Positions 1 through 10,066 of a stretch of 64,000 nucleotides of DNA are shown piece after piece. The notes under the pieces are model-generated. The model was given only the letters and a program-made list of their open reading frames with translations, ran no database searches and had not been told where the DNA came from. The stretch lies in assembly GCA_044341215.1 (NCBI GenBank), contig JBIISC010000003.1, positions 3,203 to 67,202 on the forward strand. The letters are read 5' to 3'. The stretch is from Candidatus Nanopelagicales bacterium. Its GTDB lineage: Bacteria > Actinomycetota > Actinomycetes > S36-B12 > UBA5976. Within the stretch, counting starts at the first letter, position 1; each line of letters begins with the position of its first letter. Both the position numbers and the translations under genes were made by a program.

Positions 1-1
1 C

Positions 2-1003
2 CCAATAAACAATAGCCGCGTCAAACTAACAAACATTGCTGATTGCGTTAAACGCGGATTAGTCAAAGAAGGCCAAGATCCACAACGCGTAGCGGCAGAT
101 CAGTTAGTAAAAGATGGCGTCGATGTTTTACACACCATTGGTGGCGACGACACCAACACGGCAGCTGCTGACCTTGCGGCGTTTCTCGCTTCGAACAATT
201 ACGGATTGACAGTTGTTGGTCTTCCTAAAACCATCGACAATGACATTGTTCCAATTGCGCAAAGTTTGGGCGCTTGGACAGCTGCTGAACAAGGAGCGGT
301 TTTCTTCACCAATGTAGTGTCCGAACATTCATCAAATCCTCGCATGCTTGTAATTCACGAAGTAATGGGTCGCCATTGTGGTTGGTTGACTGCAGCGACT
401 GCTCAGTCATACCGAAACATGCTCGACGAACGCGAATGGTTAGACGCTTTTGGGGTTCCAAGAAGCCGCAGAGATATCCATGCTGTTTATGTTCCAGAAC
501 TCGACATTGATTTGAATTCTGAAGCAGCACGTCTAAGCAAGATTATGGATCAGCAAGGGAACGTAAACATCTTTCTTTCAGAAGGCGCAGGTGTCGATGC
601 AATCGTGGCTGAGCTGCAATCTAGAGGTGAAGAAGTTCCACGCGACGCATTTGGTCACGTGAAAATCGATTTGATCAATCCTGGTGCATGGTTTGGTAAA
701 CAATTTGGCCCAATGATTGGCGCTGAAAAGGTATTAGTTCAAAAGAGCGGTTACTTTGCTCGCTCGGCTGCTGCTAATCAAGCAGATCTAAATCTGATTA
801 AAGAATGTGTTGAAGTGGCAGTGGATAGTGCAATTGCGATGCAGCCAGGCTTAGTCGGCCATGACGAAGAACGTGGAAACGAACTGCGTGCAATCGAATT
901 CGATCGCATCAAGGGCGGAAAAGCGTTCAATACCGAGCAACAATGGTTTGACGGACTACTTAAAGGTATTGGTCAGCCAAAGGGCGCAAAAGTTAAACAC
1001 TAG
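2..1003 (+). CDS. pfp: 6-phosphofructokinase, PPi-dependent type (5' end outside window)
   Basis: Frame 2 is open from base 2 and reads ...LHTIGGDDTNTAAADL...GLPKTIDNDI... The PFK motifs GGDDT and PKTIDND carry the Asp/Lys pair typical of PPi-dependent enzymes (ATP type: GGDGS/PGTIDND). The ORF-track Met at 206 is internal. Confidence 0.8.
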   Translation, partial: PINNSRVKLTNIADCVKRGLVKEGQDPQRVAADQLVKDGVDVLHTIGGDDTNTAAADLAAFLASNNYGLTVVGLPKTIDNDIVPIAQSLGAWTAAEQGAVFFTNVVSEHSSNPRMLVIHEVMGRHCGWLTAATAQSYRNMLDEREWLDAFGVPRSRRDIHAVYVPELDIDLNSEAARLSKIMDQQGNVNIFLSEGAGVDAIVAELQSRGEEVPRDAFGHVKIDLINPGAWFGKQFGPMIGAEKVLVQKSGYFARSAAANQADLNLIKECVEVAVDSAIAMQPGLVGHDEERGNELRAIEFDRIKGGKAFNTEQQWFDGLLKGIGQPKGAKVKH

Positions 1004-1029
1004 TTTCATCAAAGTAATTAGAAAACCGG

Positions 1030-1761
1030 TTAATTCTCTTCCGCATCGGCGGCATTTTCTGCATCAGCAGAATCAGCTTGTGGATTGGACAGAATTTCTT
1101 TCGCTTTAGTTGCGTAAATATCAACGTATTCCTGGCCGCCGAGATTCTTCAATGAATCCATGACCAAATTTGTAGCTTCTCTTAAAGCTGCTGGGTCTCT
1201 TTGCCTCCCAGCATATTGGGACATATCAATCGGTTCACCAAAAGCAATGCCTACTCGCATGATTCTTGGCAAAAACTGCCCGGTTGGCTGAATATCGTAA
1301 GTCCCAATCATTGCAACTGGAATAACTGGCACTCCAGCTTCAATTGCAATGCGGGCCAAGCCAGTTCTACCTCGATACAACTTTCCATCTGGTGAGCGGG
1401 TTCCTTCTGGATATATGCCAAGTATCTCGCCGGATTTCAAAATATTAATTGCGGCATTAACTGCGGCTTCGGATGACCTTCCACCACTTCTGTCGATTGG
1501 AACTTGGCCGACACCTTGGAAAAACTTTTTGACTACCCAGCCCTTGAACCCGCGACCGGTGAAGTATTCGCTCTTTGCAAGGAATGTAATCCGCCTTGGA
1601 ACTGCCAAAGGAAGAAAAATTGAATCTGAGAAAGACATATGGTTTGAGGCCAATATCGCAGCGCCTTGCTTTGGCAAGTTCTTCCTACCAGTTACCTTAG
1701 GGCGAAACAAGAGTAAAAGTATTGGTCCCAAAATTACGCGCTTCAAAATCCAGTAAAGCAT
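1030..1761 (-). CDS. plsC: 1-acyl-sn-glycerol-3-phosphate (lysophospholipid) acyltransferase
   Basis: 243-aa ORF with the HX4D acyltransferase motif (NHMSFSD), an IYPEGTRSPDG block and an N-terminal hydrophobic anchor. Confidence 0.85.
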   Translation of the reverse strand: MLYWILKRVILGPILLLLFRPKVTGRKNLPKQGAAILASNHMSFSDSIFLPLAVPRRITFLAKSEYFTGRGFKGWVVKKFFQGVGQVPIDRSGGRSSEAAVNAAINILKSGEILGIYPEGTRSPDGKLYRGRTGLARIAIEAGVPVIPVAMIGTYDIQPTGQFLPRIMRVGIAFGEPIDMSQYAGRQRDPAALREATNLVMDSLKNLGGQEYVDIYATKAKEILSNPQADSADAENAADAEEN

Positions 1762-1766
1762 CTTCC

Positions 1767-2711
1767 CTACTTTCGTCGCGCTAAATCAGCCGCGCCAATT
1801 AGCCCAGCGTCGTTGCCCATCTTTGCCAATTTGATTTGCGCAATTGGACGATAGTCGCGGGCAGTTAAATTCTTGGAAAATGATTCAGCAGCTGCGTTAA
1901 GGAAATAATCTGAGCCCTGCGAAACGCCACCGCCAATAACAAAAATTTGCGGATCTAATAGTGCTGCCAAAGATGCCATTCCAGATCCTAGGGATTTGGC
2001 CACTTCATTAAATGCTCGCAAAGCGATCGGACAACCTTTTTCAGCAGCTTGCGTGATGTGAACACCTTCGACACCTTCAGGTGTGCGATCGCCCAAACTC
2101 AAGAGAATGTCTGCCTCGTCACGATGTTTTTGGGCTAGTTTGCGAGCAATTCGTAATAGCGCCGAACCGCTTGCGTACTGTTCCCAGCATCCTTGCAAAC
2201 CACATCCGCATTGCAAACCTTCTTGAACCAACGTCATATGTCCTACTTCAGCAGCAACTCCGTATGCGCCTCTGACTAGCTCCCCATTTAATATCAGGCC
2301 ACCACCAAGTCCAGTGCCTAGCGTTAGCATCACAGCATTATCACTACCAACCGCGGCGCCAAACTTGTATTCAGCCCATGCAGCTGCGTTGGCATCATTT
2401 TCGATTACAACATTCAAAGACGTCAACTTCTCAAGTTCGGCTTTTAGCTTTACATTTCGCATCGGCAAGTTGGCCGTAAACAAAACTTCGGTTCTCGCAG
2501 CATCGACAAACCCTGGAGCCGCCACACAGACATCCATCACGCTGTGCTTTTGAGCTAAAGACTCAATAGTTTTAGCTAGTTCTGAAACAACAGCAGCAGA
2601 TGTGTCTCTTGGGGTTGGAACCACAAGTTGATCAACTACCTGACCATCATCATCTACTACACCTGCAGCAATCTTGGTTCCACCAAGATCTACACCAATT
2701 GCCAAACTCAT
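1767..2711 (-). CDS. glk: ROK-family glucokinase
   Basis: 314 aa. N-terminal DLGGTKIAAGVV phosphate-binding loop and ROK zinc motif GHMTLVQEGLQCGCGLQGCWEQYASG. Confidence 0.85.
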   Translation of the reverse strand: MSLAIGVDLGGTKIAAGVVDDDGQVVDQLVVPTPRDTSAAVVSELAKTIESLAQKHSVMDVCVAAPGFVDAARTEVLFTANLPMRNVKLKAELEKLTSLNVVIENDANAAAWAEYKFGAAVGSDNAVMLTLGTGLGGGLILNGELVRGAYGVAAEVGHMTLVQEGLQCGCGLQGCWEQYASGSALLRIARKLAQKHRDEADILLSLGDRTPEGVEGVHITQAAEKGCPIALRAFNEVAKSLGSGMASLAALLDPQIFVIGGGVSQGSDYFLNAAAESFSKNLTARDYRPIAQIKLAKMGNDAGLIGAADLARRK

Positions 2712-2718
2712 AAATCCC

Positions 2719-3177
2719 CTAGCGCTTCATCATCGATTTAATTACGGTTGAAACTACAGATTCAGTCAAAGTGTCCATGGCGTTTGGCCATATCTCTGTC
2801 AATTTTTCGGCGCTGCTAGTTACGCCCTTCATCGCAGACTCAACCAAGTCAGCCAAATTTTCATCATGTTCGCGCAAAGTTTTTACTCCAACGCATAGTG
2901 GGCAAACTCCACAAGTTTCTACATCGTGGGTGGAAGTTTCTTCTTTGCCATTTAGCGGTTTTGAAACTGCATCCATAAAAGCTGACAACAGACTCAGGCC
3001 AGAGTTAATTGCTGCGCTTTGAGCTTCACCCGAAATCCCAAATATATTTGAATCCGGTTTGGACTCATTCGATTGACTTTCCGTCTTGGGTTTGGTTTTA
3101 GGAATTTCAAAAGTTGAGGAATTCGCAGAAGGCGGTCCATTCGAGACCCACCATGGTTTATTTGTCTCTGGGCTCAT
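2719..3177 (-). CDS. conserved actinobacterial protein with CxxCPxC motif (DUF5304-like, function unknown)
   Basis: 152-aa ORF with ETCGVCPLCVG. Its start overlaps the stop of the upstream SRPBCC gene by 4 nt (3174-3177), which suggests translational coupling. Family name is from memory only. Confidence 0.55.
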   Translation of the reverse strand: MSPETNKPWWVSNGPPSANSSTFEIPKTKPKTESQSNESKPDSNIFGISGEAQSAAINSGLSLLSAFMDAVSKPLNGKEETSTHDVETCGVCPLCVGVKTLREHDENLADLVESAMKGVTSSAEKLTEIWPNAMDTLTESVVSTVIKSMMKR

Positions 3178-3596
3178 TTTGCAAACTCTTTCAAACCTTC
3201 AAGCGCTGATGTAACAATTGTTTTTTCCCCTGCAGACAAAAAGAAACTTGGTAACGGCAAATTCACTTCAGCTGACAATTCATAAGTTACGTCACAACCA
3301 TCACCTACTTGTGAAAGGCGGTAAGCCCCATCAAGAGCTGTGATTGCATTAGCGCTGATCAAATGCCACTCAACTGAGTCTGAATTCCATGTGTAGCCAA
3401 GTTCCACTAAATCCGAAATTGGCCCGCCTGAAATTTGAAAAGTGGTGCGCACGGGTCTGCCTTGCGAATCGGTTTCGCAGATCTTCACATCAGAAATTCC
3501 ACTTGTCCATTTTGGATAGTTCTCGACATCGCGAATAATCCCCATAACTCGCTCAAGCGGAGCGTTGATGTGGATTGTGGAGGATGTGCGGGCCAT
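3174..3596 (-). CDS. SRPBCC (polyketide cyclase/dehydrase-like) ligand-binding protein
   Basis: The ORF is open to 3698, but the family-typical N-terminus (MARTSSTIHINAPLERVMGIIRDVENYPKW) begins at the ATG at 3596. It resembles M. tuberculosis Rv2185c-type proteins (memory). Confidence 0.7.
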   Translation of the reverse strand: MARTSSTIHINAPLERVMGIIRDVENYPKWTSGISDVKICETDSQGRPVRTTFQISGGPISDLVELGYTWNSDSVEWHLISANAITALDGAYRLSQVGDGCDVTYELSAEVNLPLPSFFLSAGEKTIVTSALEGLKEFAK

Positions 3597-3724
3597 AGAG
3601 CCAAATCTATTCGCATACCAGCACTTACTACTAGCCGGTAGTGAACTGAAGCCATTTACAAGTGGCTCAAAACGAGCGTTCACAGTAATTTTTGGCACAG
3701 ATTCAACCCCTCAGGAGAGTTCAT

Positions 3725-5518
3725 ATGCAGGAATACACAGAGCCAGCCATGGCCCAAGCCGTAATTTCGGGAAGTTTGACCGATGCCTTAATCTCGCATG
3801 AAAACACTCAACCTGACGTGATATCAATAGTTAATCGTGACGGCTTGAATGTCGTTGAGATAACTTCCAAAGAATTTCATCAAATGGTTCGGGCGGCCGC
3901 TAAGGGAATAATCTCAGCCGGCATCCAACCTGGCGATCGCATCGCTCTAATGAGTAGAACACGTTTTGAATGGACACTACTCGACTACGCAATTTGGTAC
4001 GCAGGGTGTGTCACGGTGCCAATTTACGAAACTTCTAGTGAAGAACAAGTTCAATGGATGATGCAGGATTCTGGTGCAGTTGCACTTTTTGTCGAAACAA
4101 ATAAACACTTGGAAACTGTGCACACAGTTCGCACTTCCTTGACAAGTTTAATTCACATTTGGAATATGGAAGATAATGCAATTAATCATCTTTCTACAGC
4201 TGGACTTAATATCCCAGATTCAGAGCTCGATTCCCGTCGTTCACAAGTTACACCTTCACACATTGCAACAATTATTTATACATCTGGCACAACCGGTAAG
4301 CCAAAGGGTTGTGTTCTAACACATGGCAATTTCATGTTTTTGGTTCGTAACGTAATTTTGGCTGTTCCTGAGGTGTTCAAAGATAAAACAACTTCTACTC
4401 TGCTATTTCTCCCACTGGCGCATGTATTTGGTCGAATCATCGAAATCGCAATGGTGGAATCGGGCCTGAAAGTGGCTTTCGCCCCAGACATAACAAATCT
4501 TGTTGGTGATTTACAAAAGTTCACCCCAAACTTCCTTTTGGCAGTTCCTCGCGTTTTCGAGAAAGTTTTCAATAGCGCTCAGCAAAAAGCAACAAACGAA
4601 GGCAAAGAGAAGATCTTCAACGCAGCTGCCGCAGTTGCAATCGCATACTCTCAAGCACTAAGCGCCGGATCAGTTCCGCTTAGCCTACGACTCAAGCATG
4701 GACTGTTCGATAAATTGGTTTACACAAAACTTCGAGCTGCTATGGGTGGCAAAGTTCAGTGGTCAGTATCCGGTGGGGCTGCTCTTGGCGCACGCCTTGG
4801 ACATTTCTTCCGTGGAATTGGCTTAACGATTCTAGAAGGCTACGGATTGTCTGAAACCTCTTCGGCTTCCACTGTGAATCGCCCAACTATGTTGCGGGTT
4901 GGTTCAGTCGGTCGGGCAATTCCTGGAGTTACTTTGGGCATTGGGCCAGATGGTGAAGTTTTAATTAAGGGACCGCATATTTTCCAAGGTTATTGGAACA
5001 ATCCAGCTGCAACCGCTGAAGCAATCGACGTAAACGGCTGGTTCCATTCCGGTGACATTGGCCAGATCGATGAAGATGGTTATCTTTTCATCACGGGTCG
5101 CAAGAAAGAGTTGATTGTTACTGCTGGGGGCAAAAACGTAGCACCTGCTGTTATTGAAGACCGACTTCGTGCGAATTGGCTGGTTAGCCAATGCATGGTT
5201 GTTGGTGACAATAAACCATTTATTGGCTGCTTGATCACCGTAGAACCTGATTCAGTTAAAAATTGGCTGCAGCGAAATTCACTACCTGCAACCACAGCAT
5301 TTGCGCAAATTGCATCAAATGAGGTTTTTAAGTCAGAAATCCAAGCAGCAGTTGATTACGCAAATAAGGCAGTTAGTCAAGCAGAATCAATTCGAAAATG
5401 GGTTTTGATTGATTCTGATTGGAGTGAAGCATCAGGACATCTGACACCATCACTCAAGTTAAAGCGAAATGTAGTATCAGAACAATTCAATGCCGAAATT
5501 GAAGGCCTTTACGCCTAA
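3725..5518 (+). CDS. fadD: long-chain fatty acid-CoA ligase (FadD15-like AMP-binding enzyme)
   Basis: AMP-binding motifs IIYTSGTTGKPKG, EGYGLSETS and GWFHSGDIG. Start chosen at ATG 3725, preceded by AGGAGA; the ORF is open from 3692. Confidence 0.85.
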   Translation: MQEYTEPAMAQAVISGSLTDALISHENTQPDVISIVNRDGLNVVEITSKEFHQMVRAAAKGIISAGIQPGDRIALMSRTRFEWTLLDYAIWYAGCVTVPIYETSSEEQVQWMMQDSGAVALFVETNKHLETVHTVRTSLTSLIHIWNMEDNAINHLSTAGLNIPDSELDSRRSQVTPSHIATIIYTSGTTGKPKGCVLTHGNFMFLVRNVILAVPEVFKDKTTSTLLFLPLAHVFGRIIEIAMVESGLKVAFAPDITNLVGDLQKFTPNFLLAVPRVFEKVFNSAQQKATNEGKEKIFNAAAAVAIAYSQALSAGSVPLSLRLKHGLFDKLVYTKLRAAMGGKVQWSVSGGAALGARLGHFFRGIGLTILEGYGLSETSSASTVNRPTMLRVGSVGRAIPGVTLGIGPDGEVLIKGPHIFQGYWNNPAATAEAIDVNGWFHSGDIGQIDEDGYLFITGRKKELIVTAGGKNVAPAVIEDRLRANWLVSQCMVVGDNKPFIGCLITVEPDSVKNWLQRNSLPATTAFAQIASNEVFKSEIQAAVDYANKAVSQAESIRKWVLIDSDWSEASGHLTPSLKLKRNVVSEQFNAEIEGLYA

Positions 5519-6567
5519 CCTACTACTCGACCAAAGCCTGACAAGTGGGATGCGTAATATCTTTCAGATAGCGAAGAAATGATCACGCCAGTTCGAGAAT
5601 TTTGGGCATGAACAAATCGATTGCTACCTATGTAAATGCCAACATGTCGAATCCCATACTTGAAGAAAAAGACTAGGTCACCGACCCGTAGATTTGCCCG
5701 ACTGACTGGCCTAGTTGCGGAAATCTGAGCTCGTGAATAGTGCGGCAAGTACACGCCAGCTTTTCTATATGCCGCCATAGTTAAACCAGAACAATCAAAA
5801 ACTGTTGGACCAGCCGCTCCAAATACATAGCGATGACCAATCATTGAAAGTGCAAATCGAATCGCAATCTTTACGCGCCGGTTAGCAGCCAAGTTGCCCG
5901 CACGCTTACGTAATTTCTTCGCTTTTGCCGCCTGCGCCTTTTGTTTAGCTTTAATCCGAGCCAAATACTTTTTACGTTGCTCAGCTTTCAGCGAATTCAA
6001 CAATCGTCTCGCTTCGGCAAGTTTGCTCTGAGCCATTTTTAAATGTCGGTCTGCTTCTTTAACTAGCTGGCTAGACTTTAGTTGTTCTGCTTTCAATAAA
6101 GTTTTTGTATTCTTGAGACTTATCGATGCGCGTTCAAGATCGCGCATCGCAATAATCTGACGCGAGCCGACGAAATCCACGGCACTCAACTGCGCCATGT
6201 AATTCTTAGGATTGGAAGAAAATAGTGCTTGCAATTCAAGGTCAATCGTGCCCTGTTGATAGAGGCCAACAATTAATTTTGAGAAATCTTTCTGAAGTCG
6301 CTTGAATTTAGATGATGCTCGTTTTGAATTATTAGTAAGCATTGAAATACGGGTCTTAACTTTCGAAAGCTTTTCTCTAGCTTCATTCCATTGTTCACCG
6401 GCCGCATTCGCTTCGAATTCTAGGTCGCGAACCTTTTCTTCAACTTCCTTCAAATCCACCCTGGGTGGACTGGCCACAACGTCTGGGACGGTGGAAACAG
6501 AAAGCGCTAAAGCAATGACTATGGCTGCAAAGTTGCGCCAAAGTCGCGCTTTTCTCAAAGACAACAT
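5515..6567 (-). CDS. secreted NlpC/P60 peptidoglycan endopeptidase with long coiled-coil (RipC-like)
   Basis: C-terminal NlpC/P60 domain (FDCSGLTMAAYRKAG catalytic Cys, GIRHVGIYIG His). The preceding ~200 aa are K/E/A-rich coiled-coil. A signal-peptide-like N-terminus starts at Met 6567; the ORF is open to 6645. Confidence 0.85.
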   Translation of the reverse strand: MLSLRKARLWRNFAAIVIALALSVSTVPDVVASPPRVDLKEVEEKVRDLEFEANAAGEQWNEAREKLSKVKTRISMLTNNSKRASSKFKRLQKDFSKLIVGLYQQGTIDLELQALFSSNPKNYMAQLSAVDFVGSRQIIAMRDLERASISLKNTKTLLKAEQLKSSQLVKEADRHLKMAQSKLAEARRLLNSLKAEQRKKYLARIKAKQKAQAAKAKKLRKRAGNLAANRRVKIAIRFALSMIGHRYVFGAAGPTVFDCSGLTMAAYRKAGVYLPHYSRAQISATRPVSRANLRVGDLVFFFKYGIRHVGIYIGSNRFVHAQNSRTGVIISSLSERYYASHLSGFGRVVG

Positions 6568-6673
6568 TGGCGCAAAGTACCAAAACCAGGGCAATAAGCC
6601 GCCCTGAATGTGCTCGAAATGTCTGTTTTGAGCGTTTTTCACCATTTCTCACACTCAAAATTTGATTAATAAA

Positions 6674-6859
6674 TTATTCGCCACTGGCCTTTTGCATCCG
6701 CAATTTTGGGACTAATCCGACCTGGGATAGCACATCAATTGCATCAAATTCACACGGCTGGAGTTCGCCATCTTGGCTTGGCAAGCTTAAAAATAGAGTG
6801 ACAACGCAGTCTCCACAAGCGAGTGGTTTCTCAGTGCAGGTAGCACAATCGATCTTCAT
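6674..6859 (-). CDS. small Cys-rich protein (CxxC-x6-CxxC), function unknown
   Basis: 61-aa ORF, MKIDCATCTEKPLACGDCVV..., preceded by a good RBS (GAGAGGA on the minus strand at ~6866-6872). Confidence 0.5.
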   Translation of the reverse strand: MKIDCATCTEKPLACGDCVVTLFLSLPSQDGELQPCEFDAIDVLSQVGLVPKLRMQKASGE

Positions 6860-6950
6860 ATTGGTCCTCTCAATTCTCGTTATTTCTGAGCAATGAGAAC
6901 CTACGACAAAGGTCTGACGGGTTAAACCGAATTAACTGGTGGAATTTGAA

Positions 6951-7217
6951 CTATTTGATGGAATCCGGCTCTGAATCGGCTCCGCCAGCACTTGGCCGAA
7001 GAACGTGTTCCACCTCTTCAGTGGCACCACACCATCTGCATGCAATTGAGGAGATCGATTCTTCTAGTGTTTCAGGTGATTCCGTTGAAGGTTCTCCGCT
7101 CATATCTACATGCCAGAATTCTTTGACCTTAGTGGTTCGAACTACATCAAACCTGGTTAGGTTGCCACAACGTCCGCAACGCAAACGATGGAGATTATCT
7201 GGAAGTGAGAGTGCCAT
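6951..7217 (-). CDS. small zinc-ribbon protein, function unknown
   Basis: 88 aa with two CxxC pairs (CGRCG ... CRWCG) and an acidic C-terminal half. Preferred over the mirror + strand ORF 6946..7233, which has no motif. Confidence 0.45.
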   Translation of the reverse strand: MALSLPDNLHRLRCGRCGNLTRFDVVRTTKVKEFWHVDMSGEPSTESPETLEESISSIACRWCGATEEVEHVLRPSAGGADSEPDSIK

Positions 7218-7249
7218 GGGGCAAGCCTATTGACCGGCACTAGATCTCT

Positions 7250-7268
7250 GCGCAGGCACAGCCTGCGC
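7250..7268 (+). promoter_or_regulatory. GC-rich hairpin abutting the nuclease start codon
   Basis: GCGCAGG (7250-7256) pairs with CCTGCGC (7262-7268) across a 5-nt loop. It ends 2 nt before ATG 7271. Confidence 0.3.
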
Positions 7269-7270
7269 GT

Positions 7271-9022
7271 ATGTTCCCCCATGTGGTTTTAGCAAATGAC
7301 GGAACATTTGATTCCTTGGGAAGATATTTGTCTCAAACTACATTCGTCGTCGTTGATCTTGAAACAAATGGTGGCACTCCTTCTGAAGGTGGCATCACAG
7401 AAATTGGAGCAGTCAAAGTTTGTGGTGGGGAAATAATTAGTGAATTTCAAACCTTAGTAAATCCAGGTGCACCAATTCCGCCATTCATCACACTGCTAAC
7501 GGGCATAAATGATGCCATGGTTGAAAATGCGCCAAACATTTCATTTGCACTTCCGGCATTTATTGAGTGGGCTGGTGAATGCGTGTTTGTCGCACACAAC
7601 GCTCCGTTTGATTTGGGTTTTTTACGTGGGAACGCAAAAATCCTAAATATTGCATTTCCTGGATTTGAGGTTCTCGACACATTGACTTTGGCACGTTGCG
7701 TTTTGCAACCAGATGAAGTGCAGAATAGAAAGCTCGGAACGTTAGCCGCCTATTTTGGTTCACCTACTGAACCAGTGCATCGCGCACTTGCCGATGCTCG
7801 AGCCACCGCTCATGTTTTACACGCCTTGTTCGAACGTTTGGGGTCAATTGGAATCACTACCCTTGAAGAAACTCTAGGAATTACATCGGTCATCAAGCCT
7901 GCGCAACGCAAAAAGCGAACACTTGCAGCAGATTTGCCTCAAGTTCCAGGAGTTTATGCTTTTAAAGATGATCAGGATCGAGTTCTGTATATTGGTAAGT
8001 CTAGGAATATTCGTAAGCGAGCAATGAGTTATTTCACAAAAGCAGAGACTCGTGAACGCATGAATCGTATGCTCGATTTAACCAGCCATATAACTGCGAT
8101 TCCATGTCACACAGATTTGGAAGCTAGCGTCCGTGAATCGCGCATTATTATGCAATCAAAACCACCATTTAATGCAGCTGGCAAGCGAACTGAAAAAACA
8201 ATCTGGATAAGAATTACCAACGAACCCTATCCGCGATTGAGTGTGGTCCGGAAAATCACTGAAGATGCTCTGCATTTTGGCCCAGTCCGCTCTATGGAAC
8301 AAGCAACGTTGGTAGTAGACGCAATTACAACGCTAATTGGTATCCGTACTTGCACCACAAAACTTGGTGTTAAGAAAGCAAGTCCATCTTGCGTTTTGGG
8401 TGAGATAGGTAAATGCGTACTTCCTTGCGAACTAGCAATCTCAACCGATGACTACAAATTATTAATCCAACAGCTTAACTCTGCAATATACGGAGATTCT
8501 TTCATTGAGACAAACTTGCAGCAGAAAATTTCGCAATTAGCTAGCCAAGAAAGATTTGAAGAGGCCGCAGCCATGCGTGACAGATTGCACGCTTGGCTTT
8601 CAGCCTCTATGCGGTTTCATCGGTTAACGACGATTTCAAGCATCAGCGAAATAACTGCCGTGGCGGCTACAGAGACGGGGTTTGATATTCACATCATTCG
8701 TTATGGTGCATTAGCAGCGGCTGGTACAACTACAGATGCCAGCCACATTAAATCTGAAATTGCTGCGATGAAATCGACAGCACAAGAATTTCTGCCGCCT
8801 CTAGCGCCGGCTGGTGCGAACTCCATTTCAGAAGCTTTCATGATTTATAACTGGCTGGATTCAGCAAATGTGATGTTGATTGAAACCAGTGAGCCGCTTT
8901 CGCAACCGTGGCCAAACCAATTAGGGGCGCAGGATATTTACGAAGAACTAACAAATGCTCAAAACAAATCGAACGCAGTATCGGCAACTCGAAAATGGCA
9001 GAACTTTGTGGCACCCAAATAA
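7271..9022 (+). CDS. DEDD 3'-5' exonuclease / GIY-YIG / UVR-domain fusion protein (Rv2191-like)
   Basis: The N-terminus has DnaQ-type Exo motifs (VVVDLETNG, VAHNAPFDLGFL, HRALADARAT). The middle has GIY-YIG (PGVYAFKDDQDRVLYIGKSRNIRKR). Later there is a UVR-like helix (QERFEEAAAMRDRLHAW). Confidence 0.8.
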   Translation: MFPHVVLANDGTFDSLGRYLSQTTFVVVDLETNGGTPSEGGITEIGAVKVCGGEIISEFQTLVNPGAPIPPFITLLTGINDAMVENAPNISFALPAFIEWAGECVFVAHNAPFDLGFLRGNAKILNIAFPGFEVLDTLTLARCVLQPDEVQNRKLGTLAAYFGSPTEPVHRALADARATAHVLHALFERLGSIGITTLEETLGITSVIKPAQRKKRTLAADLPQVPGVYAFKDDQDRVLYIGKSRNIRKRAMSYFTKAETRERMNRMLDLTSHITAIPCHTDLEASVRESRIIMQSKPPFNAAGKRTEKTIWIRITNEPYPRLSVVRKITEDALHFGPVRSMEQATLVVDAITTLIGIRTCTTKLGVKKASPSCVLGEIGKCVLPCELAISTDDYKLLIQQLNSAIYGDSFIETNLQQKISQLASQERFEEAAAMRDRLHAWLSASMRFHRLTTISSISEITAVAATETGFDIHIIRYGALAAAGTTTDASHIKSEIAAMKSTAQEFLPPLAPAGANSISEAFMIYNWLDSANVMLIETSEPLSQPWPNQLGAQDIYEELTNAQNKSNAVSATRKWQNFVAPK

Positions 9023-10066
9023 TTATTTTTGTGAAGCAGCAATCCATTGCGCAAGTTTTTTGCTCGCCAAGCCACTAGCGATGATTTCCCTTGCCTGAAT
9101 GAAATTTCGGGACAAAGCCTCAACTACGTTCACTTCTTTATCAATTCCTTCAACGGCAGTCATGGCGCAGGCGGCATTTATTGCCACCGCATCAACAATC
9201 CCAGCTATTTTTGCAGATTCGTCGTTTGCAAAAACACTGTGAACTACATCAGCGTTAAATGCGGCATCCCCACCGGCAAGTACGTCGAGTCCATGTACAC
9301 CAACCCCAACTTCTGAAGGGCTTACTTTCTTTTTAGTGACCTTGCCATTATTGACTACCCAAAGTTGATTTGCCGAATGAATTGAAAATTCATCTAATCC
9401 ATCGTCACCTAGTATCACGATGGCACTTGTTCCCCGCTCCGCCAAAACCTGTGAGATCAGGTCGCCAATCTCCAGATTTGGCACACCAACAATTTGCGCC
9501 TGAGGTTTCGCCGGATTCGCGAGTGGACCAATGACGTTGAAAAAGGTTCTGATTCCAAGTTGTTTTCTAACTGGCCCTGCATACTTCAATGCTGGATGAA
9601 ATTCTGGTGCGAAATAGAAAGTAATTCCTACTTCATTTGCGATCTCGCTAACTCGAGCAATCTCAGGATTTAGTTTTACTCCAAGTATCTCCAAAACATC
9701 AGCCGACCCGCACTTACTAGATGCAGCCCGATTGCCATGCTTCACAACTGTGGTGCCGCTTGCTGCAACTACCACACTCGCCATAGTTGAAATATTTACA
9801 GTGTGCATTCCATCGCCACCAGTGCCACACGTATCGACTGAGATTCCCGCGACGCTAGCTGGATTTGCGAATTCGAGCATTACGTCAATAAAAGTTTTAA
9901 TGTCACTTGGAGTTTCACCTTTAGCCCGCATTGCCACCAAGAATGCGGAGATTTGACCAGGTTCAGCACTGCCGCTAAGGATTTCATTCATTGCCCAACG
10001 AGCATTTTCTGAGGATAGATTTTTGTCAACGATGATCTCGTCGAGCACAATCGACCAGGTTGACAT
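9023..10066 (-). CDS. trpD: anthranilate phosphoribosyltransferase
   Basis: 347 aa with DTCGTGGDG and KHGNRAASSKCGSADVLE motifs. The ATG immediately follows the stop of the upstream receiver gene. Confidence 0.9.
   Translation of the reverse strand: MSTWSIVLDEIIVDKNLSSENARWAMNEILSGSAEPGQISAFLVAMRAKGETPSDIKTFIDVMLEFANPASVAGISVDTCGTGGDGMHTVNISTMASVVVAASGTTVVKHGNRAASSKCGSADVLEILGVKLNPEIARVSEIANEVGITFYFAPEFHPALKYAGPVRKQLGIRTFFNVIGPLANPAKPQAQIVGVPNLEIGDLISQVLAERGTSAIVILGDDGLDEFSIHSANQLWVVNNGKVTKKKVSPSEVGVGVHGLDVLAGGDAAFNADVVHSVFANDESAKIAGIVDAVAINAACAMTAVEGIDKEVNVVEALSRNFIQAREIIASGLASKKLAQWIAASQK

Noticed and set aside
6946-7233. 95-aa + strand ORF mirroring the 88-aa zinc-ribbon ORF
   Set aside because: Only the minus-strand reading gives paired CxxC motifs, and the + strand product has no recognisable feature. 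Both remain unverified.
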